Part shown: positions 48,093-59,469 of the stretch, piece after piece
How positions within the stretch are numbered: position 1 is the first letter of the stretch
How the letters are laid out: each line of letters starts with the position of its first letter
Assembly (NCBI GenBank): GCA_965201135.1
Contig: OZ241751.1
Coordinates: forward strand, 771,663 to 835,662
Origin: Dehalococcoidia bacterium
Lineage (GTDB): Bacteria; Chloroflexota; Dehalococcoidia; Lucifugimonadales; Australimonadaceae
Reading direction: 5' to 3'
DNA length: 64,000 nucleotides
The notes under the pieces: generated by a model
Seen by the model: the letters and a program-made list of their open reading frames with translations, nothing else
The model's database searches: none
Told to the model about the DNA's origin: nothing
Made by a program: the position numbers and the translations under genes

Positions 48093-48554
48093 ATGCTCAA
48101 AATCGGCGACTTAGCCCCCGATTTCACCTCGCGCCTCGACTCAGGCGAGTCGTTCACCCTGTCGGAGCAGCGCGGGAGGCGGAGCGTCGCGCTCTTTTTC
48201 TTCCCCAAAGCGGGGTCGCCCGGCTGTGCGCGGGAGGCCGCCGCCTTCCGCCGCGTGCACGACGACTTCGCGGAGCGGAACGCCGTCGTCATCGGCGTCG
48301 GCCCGAACGACGCGGATGAGGTCCGCCGGTTCGCGGAGCGCGACGGCCTCCCCTTCCGCCTCGCCGCCGACCCCGACGGCGCCGTCCACCGCCTCTACGA
48401 CGCCGAGCGCAAGTTCGGGCTCGGAACCTCGCGCATCACTTACGTCATAGACCGGGAGGGAATCGTGCGCGGCGCCTTCCACAACGAATTGCTGATGGGC
48501 AGCCACGCCCGCAACGCCCTCAAAACGCTCGCGGCGATAGGGGCGGAGGAATAG
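48093..48554 (+). CDS. bcp: peroxiredoxin, BCP/PrxQ type
   Basis: GDLAPDF, FFPKAGSPGCAREA, RITYVIDREG. Confidence 0.9.
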   Translation: MLKIGDLAPDFTSRLDSGESFTLSEQRGRRSVALFFFPKAGSPGCAREAAAFRRVHDDFAERNAVVIGVGPNDADEVRRFAERDGLPFRLAADPDGAVHRLYDAERKFGLGTSRITYVIDREGIVRGAFHNELLMGSHARNALKTLAAIGAEE

Positions 48555-48630
48555 GGCGAGCGGCTCCGCGCGGCTGGATTCCCGCCTACGCTGGTTGGGC
48601 GATAGGCTATGCAACGGTCACCGGGAAGAA

Positions 48631-48705
48631 TGGAGCCACCGAACGGATTTGAACCGTTGACCTGCTGTTTACGAAACAGCTGCTCTGCCGCTGAGCTACG
48701 GTGGC
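48631..48705 (-). tRNA. tRNA-Thr(CGT)
   Basis: GCCACCG..CGGTGGC-TCCA, anticodon loop TTCGTAA. Confidence 0.96.
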
Positions 48706-48875
48706 TTGCGCCGGGGAGCGAGGCCATTCTACCACGTCGCGCAAGGCGATCCTCCGCGCTTCGGAGGCTTTCGTCATCTAACCGCCTGATCGAGCGGACG
48801 GAACGGCGAGCCCTATAGGTTGACTGAGGCGCCGCGCTTCGCGCTTCTTCCGCCTGCGTGTAGCACCGCCCTACC

Positions 48876-49658
48876 CTAACGGCGCCAGGCGGTTGCGGGC
48901 TTGGGCTGCTCTTGGCCGTCCACGATTACGGCGTCCACGCGCTCGTCGAAAAAGCAGAGCATGCCGGCGACGCCGGCGACCTCGGCCATCGGGCGCTTGT
49001 AACGCCAGGCGGCGCCCTCGACTTCGCCGGAGGGCGTCCGAACGGAGTAGTAGTCGGCCTCGCCCTTGTAGGCGCAGCGGCTGATCACGGCGCTCGGGCG
49101 CAGCAAGTCCATGCGAACGTGGGTTTTGGGGAGATAGTAGCGCGGAGGGTGGCCCGGCTCGATGAGGAGCGTCGGCGCAGCGCTGTCGGCGACCTTCTCG
49201 CCGGCGGCGTGGATTTCGACGCGGCGGGAGGACTTGAGCGCCTCGACGCGCTTGAAGGGGTCGCGGGCGTGAACGAAGACCTGCTCCTCCTCCTCGAACC
49301 AAGCGTCCATCGCGCCCCACTCGAACGCGATCATTCCGGCGAGGAAGGCGAACTCGTCGGCGGGACCGGGGTGCTCCCATGCGGCGCCCTCGGCGGAGCG
49401 TCCGCCCGCGCGGACGTCGTAGCGCGTCATCGTTCCGCGCGCGCCGGGCTCGGAGCGTCCGCCGGGGGCGAGGGCGTCTTGGCAAACGTCGGCGCGAGGG
49501 AAGTAGTAGACGGGCGGGCCGCCGGGGCGGAAGAGGCGCGCTTGGGTCGAGTCGGCGATCGTCTCGCCGCCGAAGCGGACGCGGACGCGCTTGGGGCTGC
49601 GGATCCAGATTGGCTCAGGGGCGGCGACCAGGCGATTGTGGGCGTCGAGGAATTCCAT
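48876..49658 (-). CDS. DUF427 double-domain protein
   Basis: VYYFPRADV, HARDPFKRV, RYYLPK, RCAYKGEADYY. Confidence 0.9.
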   Translation of the reverse strand: MEFLDAHNRLVAAPEPIWIRSPKRVRVRFGGETIADSTQARLFRPGGPPVYYFPRADVCQDALAPGGRSEPGARGTMTRYDVRAGGRSAEGAAWEHPGPADEFAFLAGMIAFEWGAMDAWFEEEEQVFVHARDPFKRVEALKSSRRVEIHAAGEKVADSAAPTLLIEPGHPPRYYLPKTHVRMDLLRPSAVISRCAYKGEADYYSVRTPSGEVEGAAWRYKRPMAEVAGVAGMLCFFDERVDAVIVDGQEQPKPATAWRR

Positions 49659-49821
49659 GGGGGGGTCTCCTTAGGTGACCTTAACTATTATCATTCCCGC
49701 GTGGGCGGGAATGACGGTTAGGGGGCGGGATGACGGGCAAGGGGGCGCGGCGCTTGGGGATTGGGGGAGACGAGGCGGCGGATTCGCATAGGGAGGCGGC
49801 GCGGCGCTAGAATCGTCCCCG

Positions 49822-50868
<1,047 letters not shown>

Positions 50869-50885
50869 CCGGCGGGGCGTCGCCA

Positions 50886-51101
50886 GCGCCCTCTCCCGCC
50901 GCGTTCGCGGCGTCCTCTCCCCTTATAGGAGACCTTTGCATAACCCCCTGCCGCAGCGCCGGGGCGCCTCAATTCACTCCTAGCCCCAAGAGGAATTGCA
51001 GGCCGAAACTGAGTTATGCAAAGGTCTCTATAGGGAGAGGGGGATGCGGCGCTGGCGCGCCTCAAATGGGGGCGAGGTTCCCGCCTAAGCGGGAATGACG
51101 G
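50886..51101. repeat. REP-like repeat cluster containing a MITE
   Basis: Same modules. Confidence 0.85.
50929..51028. mobile_element. 100-bp MITE with IS5-type ends
   Basis: GAGACCTTTGCATAAC...GTTATGCAAAGGTCTC, TSD TATAG. Confidence 0.92.
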
Positions 51102-51155
51102 TCATGGGGGGCGATGAAGGTTGGGGGAACGGCAAGAGGGCACGCGAACGCCGTC

Positions 51156-52595
51156 TTAGTAGACCTCGTCGTAGGAGCCGAAGGTCAGCGCGAAGAGCGC
51201 GAAGTCCGGGGAGTTGGACGCGAACTTGACCTCGGCGGCGCCGAACTCCGGCAGCGCGACGGCGTTGTAGAGGTCGGGCTCGTCGACCACGAAGTAACTG
51301 CGCCCGCCCTCGATGACGATATGCTCCCCCGCCTCGTCCGGCGCAAGCGGGCGGTAGGCCAACTCCACGCCGGGGTCGGCGTCGGCGGGCGGAAGATCGG
51401 CGATGGAGACGTCCACCTCGAACGGCTCGGTTCCCTCGGGGAAGCCGACGACGATGTTCGCCGTGCGAGCGAGGAAGCGCAGCGCGATCCAATCCTCGAG
51501 GCTCTCAGTCTCCCGGGCGTGGGTGAGCGCTTCGAGGTCAGTGCGCCACGAGCCGTTGAGGTAGACGAACTGATTGAGGTGAATGCCGGGGTCGCGGTAG
51601 AACTGCGTCAGGCCGAGTCCGTCGTAGTAATTGGGCTGGCCGACGTAGACGCCGGTCGGCGAGGAGTTGCGGTTCCATCCGCCGTAGATCTCGCGCGTTT
51701 GCCTATCCTCGAACGAGTTCACGTACGCTTGCGGGTCGGCCTGCGGCCCGGGGTCGGCGTTCACGGGAATGTCCGATACGTCGTATCCGGCCTCTTCGAG
51801 CAGTTCGCGGATGCGCCGCTCCGTCTCGTCGTACTCGCCCTCCCCGAAATGCCTGTATCTGACGACGCCGTTCGCGTCCATCAGATACTTGGCGGGCCAG
51901 TAGCGGTTGTCGTAGGCGCGCCACGTGCGGTAGTCGTTGTCCTGCGCGACCGGCCAGACGACGCCGAGTTCGTCCGACGCGTCAATGACGTTCTCCGCGA
52001 CCTTCTCGTATTCGAACTCCGGCGTGTGCACGCCGATCAGCGCGAGGCCGCGGTCGGCGTACTTGGCGTGCCAGTCGCGCAGGTAGGGCATCGTGCGGAT
52101 GCAATTGATGCAGGTGTACGTCCAGAAGTCCACGAGGACGACCTTGCCGCGCAGCCCCTCCATCGTGAGCGGCTCGCTGTTGATCCAGCGCTCGACGCCG
52201 GCGAACTCCGGCGCGGAGTCGCCAAGTTCTCCGCCCTCGTCTCCCGACGGCGTTATGGGAGTAGGCGTCGGCGTCGGCTCCGGCGTGAATCCGGGGACGG
52301 GCTCCGCTTGCGGCGCGGACGCGGGCGACGGCTCGGCGCCGCCGCCGTTGCAGCCCGCCGTCAGGAGCAGCAGCGCCAGAGCAGCCGCGACGACGACGGC
52401 GCCCGCAAGCGCGAGCCCAGCGAGCGGCCTGCGTCCCCGCGAACGCCCGACCCGGCCTCGCGCGGGACGCGGCCCGCGTTCTCTGTAGGAGTCTCCGGCA
52501 TGGAGGCGTTGCCCTGCGGGAGGGGGTTGCCCCGCCTTGCGCGGAGCCGGACGCGCCCTGCGCTCTCTGTAATAGTCTCTGTCGGGGATGCCCAA
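51156..52595 (-). CDS. membrane-anchored redoxin (DipZ C-terminal-like thioredoxin)
   Basis: LVDFWTYTCINC, IGVHTPEF, NRYWPAKYL, FALTFG; TM segment/lipobox TAGC; TTG start after GGAGG. Confidence 0.88.
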   Translation of the reverse strand: MGIPDRDYYRERRARPAPRKAGQPPPAGQRLHAGDSYRERGPRPARGRVGRSRGRRPLAGLALAGAVVVAAALALLLLTAGCNGGGAEPSPASAPQAEPVPGFTPEPTPTPTPITPSGDEGGELGDSAPEFAGVERWINSEPLTMEGLRGKVVLVDFWTYTCINCIRTMPYLRDWHAKYADRGLALIGVHTPEFEYEKVAENVIDASDELGVVWPVAQDNDYRTWRAYDNRYWPAKYLMDANGVVRYRHFGEGEYDETERRIRELLEEAGYDVSDIPVNADPGPQADPQAYVNSFEDRQTREIYGGWNRNSSPTGVYVGQPNYYDGLGLTQFYRDPGIHLNQFVYLNGSWRTDLEALTHARETESLEDWIALRFLARTANIVVGFPEGTEPFEVDVSIADLPPADADPGVELAYRPLAPDEAGEHIVIEGGRSYFVVDEPDLYNAVALPEFGAAEVKFASNSPDFALFALTFGSYDEVY

Positions 52596-52964
52596 GGCGC
52601 GCTCCTCCCTGCCGCGTCCGTTCCCGGGCCTACGCCGCTCCTGCGAACGCGCTGATGGCAATCCTATCCGATTGCGGCGTTGGGCGGAGAGCCGGGCCCG
52701 ACGGCACCGTCAGAGGGTTATGGCCGTAAGCAATTCTTGCTCATAGCGTTCGTAGAGCGGCGCTTGGCGATCTGCGCGGCGTCAGAGCGTCGAGCGGAGC
52801 GACTGCGGAGCGGGCGGGGTACGCGCACCTCTTTTCGGCGGCGACGGAGGCGATGCCGTGGAGGAGGGCGGCGCGCGCTAATGTAGAATCAAGATGCGCC
52901 GACGCTTCGGCGCGGCGATCTCAATGCGCGTCCGCTCCCCCGCCTGCGGACGCGGGCAGGCTGC

Positions 52965-53915
52965 ATGCTCGACGACGCTCAACTCCGCGATATGGAGACC
53001 CAAGCGCGAGACCTCGTCCGCGACGCGGGCGGTATCCTCGCCCGCTATTTCGATCAGCCGCTGAGCGTGGACTACAAGTCCGCCAACAACCGCAATCCCG
53101 TGACCGATGCCGACCGCGCCGCCGACGAGCGCCTCCGCGAGGAACTGGCGCGCCGCTTCCCCGAACACGGCGTCGTCACCGAGGAGACGGAGTCGGAGTC
53201 CGACGAGCCCCGCGAGGTCACGTGGGTGGTCGACCCGCTGGACGGCACGACGAACTTTCTGCACGGGCTGCCGATGTTCGCGTGCATGGTGTGCGCGCTG
53301 GAGCGCGGCGAGCCGGTCGCGGGCGCCGTCTACGTTCCCCGGATCGGCGAAATCGGGGGGCGCGTCGTCCACGCGAGGCGCGGAGGCGGCGCGTCCGACG
53401 ACGGACTCCCGCTCTCCCTCGATCCGTCCGACCCGACCCGACGGATGGCGTCCGTCCCGGGCTACTTCCTGCGGATGTTCACGCACCACCGGAACCTGCG
53501 CCGCAGATTGGGCGACTTGCGGAACACGGGCAGCGCGGGCTACGAGACGGCAATGACGGCGATGGGCGTGTTCGATTACGCGATCTTCAACGGCCCCTGG
53601 GCGTGGGACCTCGCCGCCGGAATGCTCGCCGTCCGGGAGGCGGGAGGCGCCGTCGCGCTGCGAAACGCCCGCGCCAAAGAGTGGGCGCCGTTCGAGACGT
53701 TCGCGCCGTCGCCGGACGCCGCGCCGCGCCCCAGCGAGTTGCGGCGCTGGCGCGGCGCCGTCGTTTTGGGCAGACGCGAAACCGTGGCGCAATTGACCTC
53801 CGGCGTCGCGCCCAAGACGTACCCAATCCGGGAGTTGCGCCGCCGCGCCGCGAGCCTCTTCGGCAAAGGCCAAGCGCCGGACGCTCCCGCTCCCCCCGCC
53901 CCGCCGAGAGAGTAG
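52965..53915 (+). CDS. inositol monophosphatase family protein
   Basis: VTDADRAA, WVVDPLDGTTNF, WDLAAG. Confidence 0.93.
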   Translation: MLDDAQLRDMETQARDLVRDAGGILARYFDQPLSVDYKSANNRNPVTDADRAADERLREELARRFPEHGVVTEETESESDEPREVTWVVDPLDGTTNFLHGLPMFACMVCALERGEPVAGAVYVPRIGEIGGRVVHARRGGGASDDGLPLSLDPSDPTRRMASVPGYFLRMFTHHRNLRRRLGDLRNTGSAGYETAMTAMGVFDYAIFNGPWAWDLAAGMLAVREAGGAVALRNARAKEWAPFETFAPSPDAAPRPSELRRWRGAVVLGRRETVAQLTSGVAPKTYPIRELRRRAASLFGKGQAPDAPAPPAPPRE

Positions 53916-54042
53916 GAAGCGAATAGCCCCGGCGGGCCGCTTGCTCGCGCCCGCGTGCCTGCGGGCGCCATTTTCAAGACGCGGGGCTGCGGCTCGCCAT
54001 TCGCTTAGGAGCCCGCAATCGCGCAGCCGAAGCCGCCTGCCG

Positions 54043-54816
54043 TCACAGCCACGGCCACGGCAGGTCGCGGCGAGTGCGGGGCGACGGCAGCGACGGGTCG
54101 GCGAGCAGCAGACGGATGCGCTCGCGGAGGGCGTCCAGTTCGGCGGGCTCCAGGAGTTCGGCGAGCGCGCCCGCGCAGGCGCCGCCCCGCTCCAGCCCGC
54201 GCAGAACGCGCTCCACGTCCGCCAGCAGGCCGGGCGGGACGCGCTCGCCGGAGAAGTCCCATATCACCGTCCGCAACTTCGGCTCCTCGTGAAACGTCAG
54301 GCCGTTGTCCACCGCCCAAACGCGGTCGTCGGGCCCCAGGAAGCAGTGGCCGCCCTTGCGGTCGGCGTTGTTGGCGAGCAGATCGAAAACGGCGAGGCGG
54401 AGCGCCTCATCGGGGCGGTCGTCGCGCAGCGTAAAGAAGTTGGACTCCGGGTCGTGCGGGACGAACAACTGGAGGGAGCCCTCGCCGGCCTCGCCCTCGC
54501 GGATGACGGTGGGGGGAATGAGCCCCCAGCCGAGCGCCTTCGAGAACTCGTAGGCGGCGCGCTCGCGGCGGTGGAGCGTGCCGGGCGGGAAGTCGCGCAG
54601 CGGACGCTCGCCCGCCTGCGGCTTGTAGACGCCGCATCCCGCCTTGCCGTCGAGCGCGAGGCGGACGACGAATGTGTAGTTGGACGCGGCGGGATGCAGC
54701 CAGCCGTCGCCGATTTCGGCGTCGCGGACGAACGCCTCCGCGTCCGGCGCCGACGGCGGCGCGTCGTGGCGCCCTCCCGCCAGTTCGGCGTAGGGGAAGT
54801 GGGCGTAGAGGGTCAT
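54043..54816 (-). CDS. SCO1664 family (PI3/4-kinase-like) protein
   Basis: SNYTF, VYKPQAGERPL.DFP.GTL..RE.AAY, NNADRKGGH, VDNGLTFH...KLRTVIW. Confidence 0.88.
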   Translation of the reverse strand: MTLYAHFPYAELAGGRHDAPPSAPDAEAFVRDAEIGDGWLHPAASNYTFVVRLALDGKAGCGVYKPQAGERPLRDFPPGTLHRRERAAYEFSKALGWGLIPPTVIREGEAGEGSLQLFVPHDPESNFFTLRDDRPDEALRLAVFDLLANNADRKGGHCFLGPDDRVWAVDNGLTFHEEPKLRTVIWDFSGERVPPGLLADVERVLRGLERGGACAGALAELLEPAELDALRERIRLLLADPSLPSPRTRRDLPWPWL

Positions 54817-54818
54817 CG

Positions 54819-55307
54819 TCAGTTGGAGCGCGGGCAGGCGTGGCGGGCGGAGTCGCTGAGGGGCGCGCCGCAGAACGCGCAGCGCGGGCGGCCCGCGTCG
54901 CAAACCTCCAGGGCGCGGTCGGCGAGCCAGTCCAGCGCCTCGCGCTCCATCCACATAGCGATAGCGTCGCCCTCCTCGTCGGAGCAGTGCGCGAGGATCA
55001 TATAGCGGCCGGAGTCGCGGTCGTGCCCGATGGAGAGCGCGGTGACCTTGTGGTTGAAGTCGGCGCGGTCGTTGGGGGCGGCGGACGCGACGGGCTCGCC
55101 GGTGGCGCGGACGGACGCGCCGAGGATGCGCTTGACGGCTTCGGCGAGTTCGCGCAGTTCCTCCTTCTCGAGCCACAGGAGGGCGGAGCCGCGCTCCCCG
55201 GCGGCGCGGATGCGAAAGAATCGCTGGCCGGCCGGGCCGACGGACTCCGGCTCCACGAGCGAGCAGACGCCGAGGTCGTGGCGGGCGTAGACGCGGTCGT
55301 CAGCCAT
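54819..55307 (-). CDS. DUF3090 family protein
   Basis: VGPAGQRFF, LWLEKEEL, AGRPRCAFCGAPL...HACPRSN. Confidence 0.85.
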   Translation of the reverse strand: MADDRVYARHDLGVCSLVEPESVGPAGQRFFRIRAAGERGSALLWLEKEELRELAEAVKRILGASVRATGEPVASAAPNDRADFNHKVTALSIGHDRDSGRYMILAHCSDEEGDAIAMWMEREALDWLADRALEVCDAGRPRCAFCGAPLSDSARHACPRSN

Positions 55308-56262
55308 GGCTCTGCTTCTGGAACATCGCGCCGACGGACGTTCCGGTGTGGATGCGAAGAATCGCCTCTCCCAGGAGGGGCGCGATGGAGACGATCTTGA
55401 CGCCGCCGTTCGCCTTGTCGGGCGGAAGGGGAATCGTGTCGGCGCAGACGTAACTGCGGATGGGGCCGCTTCGCATGCGCTCCGCCGCTCCGCCGGAGAG
55501 CACGGCGTGCGTGGACGACGCGTAGACGCCGACGACGCCCGCCGACAGGAGCGCGTCGGCGGCGTTCACCATCGTCCCGCCGGTGTCGACCTCGTCGTCC
55601 ATCAGGATCGCCGTCTTGCCCTCGACCTCGCCGATGACGTTCAGCAGTTCGCTCTTGTCGTCGTTACCCAGGCGGCGCTTCTCGATGATGGCGAGGGGCG
55701 CCTCCAACTGCTCCGCCATATCGCGGGCGCGCTTGGAGATGCCGATGTCCACCGCGACGACGACGGGATTCTCCAAGTTGAGCGTTTTGAAGTGGTCGAC
55801 GATGGTCGGCATCGCGGTGAGTTCGTCCACGGGAATGTTGAAGAAGCCCTGGATCTGGCCGGCGTGGAGGTCCATCGTGAGCACGCGGTCGGCGCCGGCG
55901 GTGGTGAGGAGGTCGGCGATGAGGCGCGCCGTGATGGGCACGCGGGGCTGATCCTTCTTGTCGGTGCGGCCGTAGCCGTAGTAGGGAATGACCGCCGTGA
56001 TGCGCCCCGCCGAGGCGCGCTTCGCGGCGTCGATCATAATCAGCATCTCCATCACGTTGTCGTTAACGGGAACGCAGAACGACTGCACGAGGAAGACGTC
56101 CCGCTGGCGGACGTTCTCGTGGATGCGGACGAACGTGTTGTCGTTGCTGAACTTGAAAGCCTGGAGTTTGCTGAGGGGAGCGCCGAGGTAGCCGGCGACG
56201 GACGAGGCGAGGGCGGGGTTGGAGTTGCCGGAGAAGATTTTGAGTTCTTCGTAGAGGGGCAT
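55300..56262 (-). CDS. prs: ribose-phosphate pyrophosphokinase
   Basis: IFSGNSNPAL, VIPYYGYGRTDKK, MDLHAGQIQGFF, DDEVDTGGT. Confidence 0.97.
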   Translation of the reverse strand: MPLYEELKIFSGNSNPALASSVAGYLGAPLSKLQAFKFSNDNTFVRIHENVRQRDVFLVQSFCVPVNDNVMEMLIMIDAAKRASAGRITAVIPYYGYGRTDKKDQPRVPITARLIADLLTTAGADRVLTMDLHAGQIQGFFNIPVDELTAMPTIVDHFKTLNLENPVVVAVDIGISKRARDMAEQLEAPLAIIEKRRLGNDDKSELLNVIGEVEGKTAILMDDEVDTGGTMVNAADALLSAGVVGVYASSTHAVLSGGAAERMRSGPIRSYVCADTIPLPPDKANGGVKIVSIAPLLGEAILRIHTGTSVGAMFQKQSHG

Positions 56263-56422
56263 CGTTCGCTCCGGGCGCGCGGAGGCTTGGGGAGTCGGGG
56301 CGCCGCGCGGGATTCTACACGACGGGCGCGGGGGTTGGTCGTCGCGGACGCTCCGCGCGGGGATATTGCACCGGGCGCGGGCGCGCGCAAACCTTCTCCA
56401 TTATAGAATCCCCTAGCGTCCA

Positions 56423-57133
56423 ATGATTATCGAAACGCGTGACGGAATCGCCAGGCTCGCCCTCGCCGACGGGCGGAGCGCGGACGCGCTCGCCGGCGCC
56501 CTCCGCAGCCTCGACGCCGACCCCGAGGCGCGCGTTCTGCTCGTCTCAGGCGATTGGAGCGCGGCGGGCGGCGCGATGCGCGACGCGCCGGACGACGACG
56601 ACCCCGTCGCCGCGCTCGCCGCGCTCCGCATTCCCGTCGCCGCGTGGATCGACGCCCCGTGCCGCGAGGAGGCGCTGGAACTCGCGCTCGCCGCCGACGT
56701 CCGCCTCGCCGGGCCGTCCGCGTCGTTTCGGATGGCGCAGGCGCGGGAAGGGCGGCTGCCCAGGCGAGGCGGGACGCAGCGGCTTCCCCGCGCCGTCGGA
56801 CGCGGGCAGGCGATGCGAATGCTGCTGGCGGGCGAGACGCTGGACGCCGCCGAAGCCGTCCGCGTTGGCCTCGCCTGCGCCGCCGCAAGCGAAGAGGACG
56901 CCGTCGGCGTCGTCTCCGCCGTCGCCCGCGCCGCCCCCATCGCCGCGCAATACGTGAAAGAGGCGGTCGCCGCGTCCGCCGACCTCCCCCTGCGCGACGG
57001 CATGCGCCTCGAGGCCGACCTCAGCATTCTGCTGCACTCCACTGCCGACCGCGCCGAAGGCGTCCGCAGTTTTCTCAATGGACGCGGGGCGGGGCCCGGA
57101 GAGAGGCGCGCTCCGAGGTTCGAGGGGCGATGA
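56423..57133 (+). CDS. enoyl-CoA hydratase/isomerase family protein (divergent)
   Basis: ELALAADVR, GGTQRLPRAVG, DRAEGVRSF, PRFEGR. Confidence 0.88.
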   Translation: MIIETRDGIARLALADGRSADALAGALRSLDADPEARVLLVSGDWSAAGGAMRDAPDDDDPVAALAALRIPVAAWIDAPCREEALELALAADVRLAGPSASFRMAQAREGRLPRRGGTQRLPRAVGRGQAMRMLLAGETLDAAEAVRVGLACAAASEEDAVGVVSAVARAAPIAAQYVKEAVAASADLPLRDGMRLEADLSILLHSTADRAEGVRSFLNGRGAGPGERRAPRFEGR

Positions 57134-57846
57134 GCGGCTTCCTCGCGCTGCGGTACGAGAAGCGAAACGGCGTCGCCGTCGCCGCGCTGAGCCGCCCCGA
57201 GGCGGTCAACGCCTTCAATCTGCGGATGCGCGACGAGTTATGGGAGGCGCTTGGCGCGGCGCGAGACGACCCCGACGTTCGCGGGCTGCTGCTGACGGGC
57301 GACGGCGAGCGCGGCTTCTGCGCCGGGGCCGACCTTACGGAGTTCGGCTCCGCGCCGTCGCAGGCCGCCGCCCGCCAAGCGCGATGGGCGCGCGACCTCT
57401 GGGGCGCGCTTTGGGATATGCCGAAACTAACGATGGCGGCGATCCATGGCGTCTGCTTCGGCTCCGGCGTCGAAATCGCCGCGCTCTGCGACTTCCGAAT
57501 CGCCTCGCCCGACGCCGTGTTCGCGCTGCCGGAGGCGTCGCTCGGCCTCGTTCCCGCGGCGGGCGGAACGCAAACGCTTCCCCGCGTCGTCGGACTGCCC
57601 CGCGCGATGGAGGCGGCGCTCACGGGCAGGCGCGTCTCCGCGCAGGAAGCCCACCGCATTGGCTTTGCGACCTGGCTCGCCCCCGGCGAGCGCCTGCTCC
57701 AAGAAGCGGAGGCGCGGCTGCGCGAGGCCGCGTCCGCTCCGCCGGAGGCGCTCGCGCTCGCGAAGCGCGCCGTCAACGAAGGCTGCGACTTGACGCTCGC
57801 CGAGGCGCTCCGGCTCGAGCGAAGGCTCGCCGCCCAACTAGGCTAG
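57130..57846 (+). CDS. enoyl-CoA hydratase/isomerase family protein
   Basis: RPEAVNAF, FCAGADL, CDFRIAS, FALPEASLG, GGTQTLPR; ATGA overlap with the previous gene. Confidence 0.92.
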   Translation: MSGFLALRYEKRNGVAVAALSRPEAVNAFNLRMRDELWEALGAARDDPDVRGLLLTGDGERGFCAGADLTEFGSAPSQAAARQARWARDLWGALWDMPKLTMAAIHGVCFGSGVEIAALCDFRIASPDAVFALPEASLGLVPAAGGTQTLPRVVGLPRAMEAALTGRRVSAQEAHRIGFATWLAPGERLLQEAEARLREAASAPPEALALAKRAVNEGCDLTLAEALRLERRLAAQLG

Positions 57847-57877
57847 ACTTTCCTTACGCCGGCAACGGAGGCCCGCC

Positions 57878-59428
57878 CTGCATACGCTCGACCTGCTCGC
57901 CATCGCCGCCGCCATCGCGCCCGACAGGCCGGCCGTCGTCTCCGACGGCGGCGCGCTGACCTACGCCGCGCTCGCCGAGCGCGCCAACCGCCTCGCCAAC
58001 GCGCTCGCCGCAGGAGGCGTCGGCCCCGGCGACCGGATCGCCGTGATGGACGTGAACACGCCTCTGCACTTTGAGGCGTGCTTCGCCGCCGCGCGGCTGG
58101 ACGCAATCTACGCTCCGCTGAACTTTCGCGGGCGCGGCGAGGAGGTCGCCTATCCGCTGCGCCATGCGGCGCCGAAGGCCGTCATCGCCGGCGAGCGGTA
58201 CGCCCCGCTCGTTGAAAGCGTCCGCGGCGACGCGGCGTCGGCGTCCGTGTTCGCCGTAGACGCGTCCGCGCCTCCCGGCGGCTGGCGCGCCTACCAAGCG
58301 CTGCTGTCGGAGGGCGGCACTGAGGAGGAAATCTTTCCGCAGGGCTCGCCGGACGAGACTTTCGCGCTCCTATTCACGGCGGGCACCACGGGGCAGCCGA
58401 AAGCCGCGATGCTCCCGCACGAGAGTTTCTCCTCGTTTATGCTCGCCAACGTCGAGCCGCCCGATCCGGACGTCGAGGAGCGAACGCTGCTGACGCTGCC
58501 GCTCTATCACGTCGCGGGGCTGCAGGCCGCGCTCGCGGGCGTCTACGGCGGGCGGACAATCGTTCTGCAGCGGCAATTCGAGCCGGGCGAGTGGCTCGAA
58601 CTGGCGGATCGCCATAGGATCGAGCGCGCCCTCCTCGTGCCCACGATGCTCAAGCAACTGCTCGATCATCCCGCGCTCCCCGACGCCGACCTCTCCGCGC
58701 TGCGCGTGCTCACCTACGGCGGCGCCCCAATGCCGCCTCCGCTCATAGAGCGGGCGGTCGCGCGGCTCCCCGGCGTTCAATTCATCAACGCTTTCGGCCA
58801 AACCGAGACGGGCTCCACGATCGCTATGGTTCCCCCGGAGGACCACGACCTCGATTGCGCGCCGGAACTCGCCGCGAAGCGCCGCCGCCGCCTAACGAGC
58901 ATCGGCAAGCCTCTCCCCGACGTCGAAGCGCTCATCGTCCGCGAGGACGGCGGCGAGGCGAACGTCGGAGAGCAGGGCGAGATCGCCGCGCGCGGCCCGC
59001 GTCTGATGCGCGGCTACTGGGGGCAGCCCGACGCGGCGCGGTCCGCCCCCGGCGGCTGGCTCCTCACCGGCGACCTCGGCTACAAGGACGAGGACGGCTA
59101 CATCTATCTGTCCGGCCGGGCGAAGGACTTCATCAAGCGCGGCGGGGAAATGGTCGCGCCGGAGGAGGTCGAGCAATTGCTGCACGCCTGCGCCGGGGTC
59201 GAAGAGTGCGCCGTCATCGGCCTCCCCGACGAGACGTGGGGCGAGGTCGCCGCGGCGGTCGTCGTCCCGTCGCCGGGCGCCGCCCCGACGGAGGAGTCGC
59301 TGCTGCGGGCGTGCGGCCCGCTCGCGCGGTTCAAGCGCCCGGAGCGCGTCTTTTTCGTTGACGCCCTCCCCCGCAACGCGCTCGGCAAGGTCCTCAAGAG
59401 CGATCTGCGCGCCCGTTTCGGGGGGTAG
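57878..59428 (+). CDS. AMP-binding acyl-CoA synthetase (probable CTG start)
   Basis: FTAGTTGQPKA, FGQTE, TGDLG, GRAKDFIKRGGE, LPRNALGKV; the frame extends 55 codons upstream of the ORF-track start to a CTG after GGAGG. Confidence 0.92.
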   Translation: MHTLDLLAIAAAIAPDRPAVVSDGGALTYAALAERANRLANALAAGGVGPGDRIAVMDVNTPLHFEACFAAARLDAIYAPLNFRGRGEEVAYPLRHAAPKAVIAGERYAPLVESVRGDAASASVFAVDASAPPGGWRAYQALLSEGGTEEEIFPQGSPDETFALLFTAGTTGQPKAAMLPHESFSSFMLANVEPPDPDVEERTLLTLPLYHVAGLQAALAGVYGGRTIVLQRQFEPGEWLELADRHRIERALLVPTMLKQLLDHPALPDADLSALRVLTYGGAPMPPPLIERAVARLPGVQFINAFGQTETGSTIAMVPPEDHDLDCAPELAAKRRRRLTSIGKPLPDVEALIVREDGGEANVGEQGEIAARGPRLMRGYWGQPDAARSAPGGWLLTGDLGYKDEDGYIYLSGRAKDFIKRGGEMVAPEEVEQLLHACAGVEECAVIGLPDETWGEVAAAVVVPSPGAAPTEESLLRACGPLARFKRPERVFFVDALPRNALGKVLKSDLRARFGG

Positions 59429-59469
59429 GGCAAGGCGGCGGCGCTAGGCCCGCCTTGCGCGGGGCGGCT

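Noticed and set aside
12081..48705. tRNAs as prophage/ICE attachment sites
   Set aside because: No integrase and no duplicated tRNA 3' end seen in the window.
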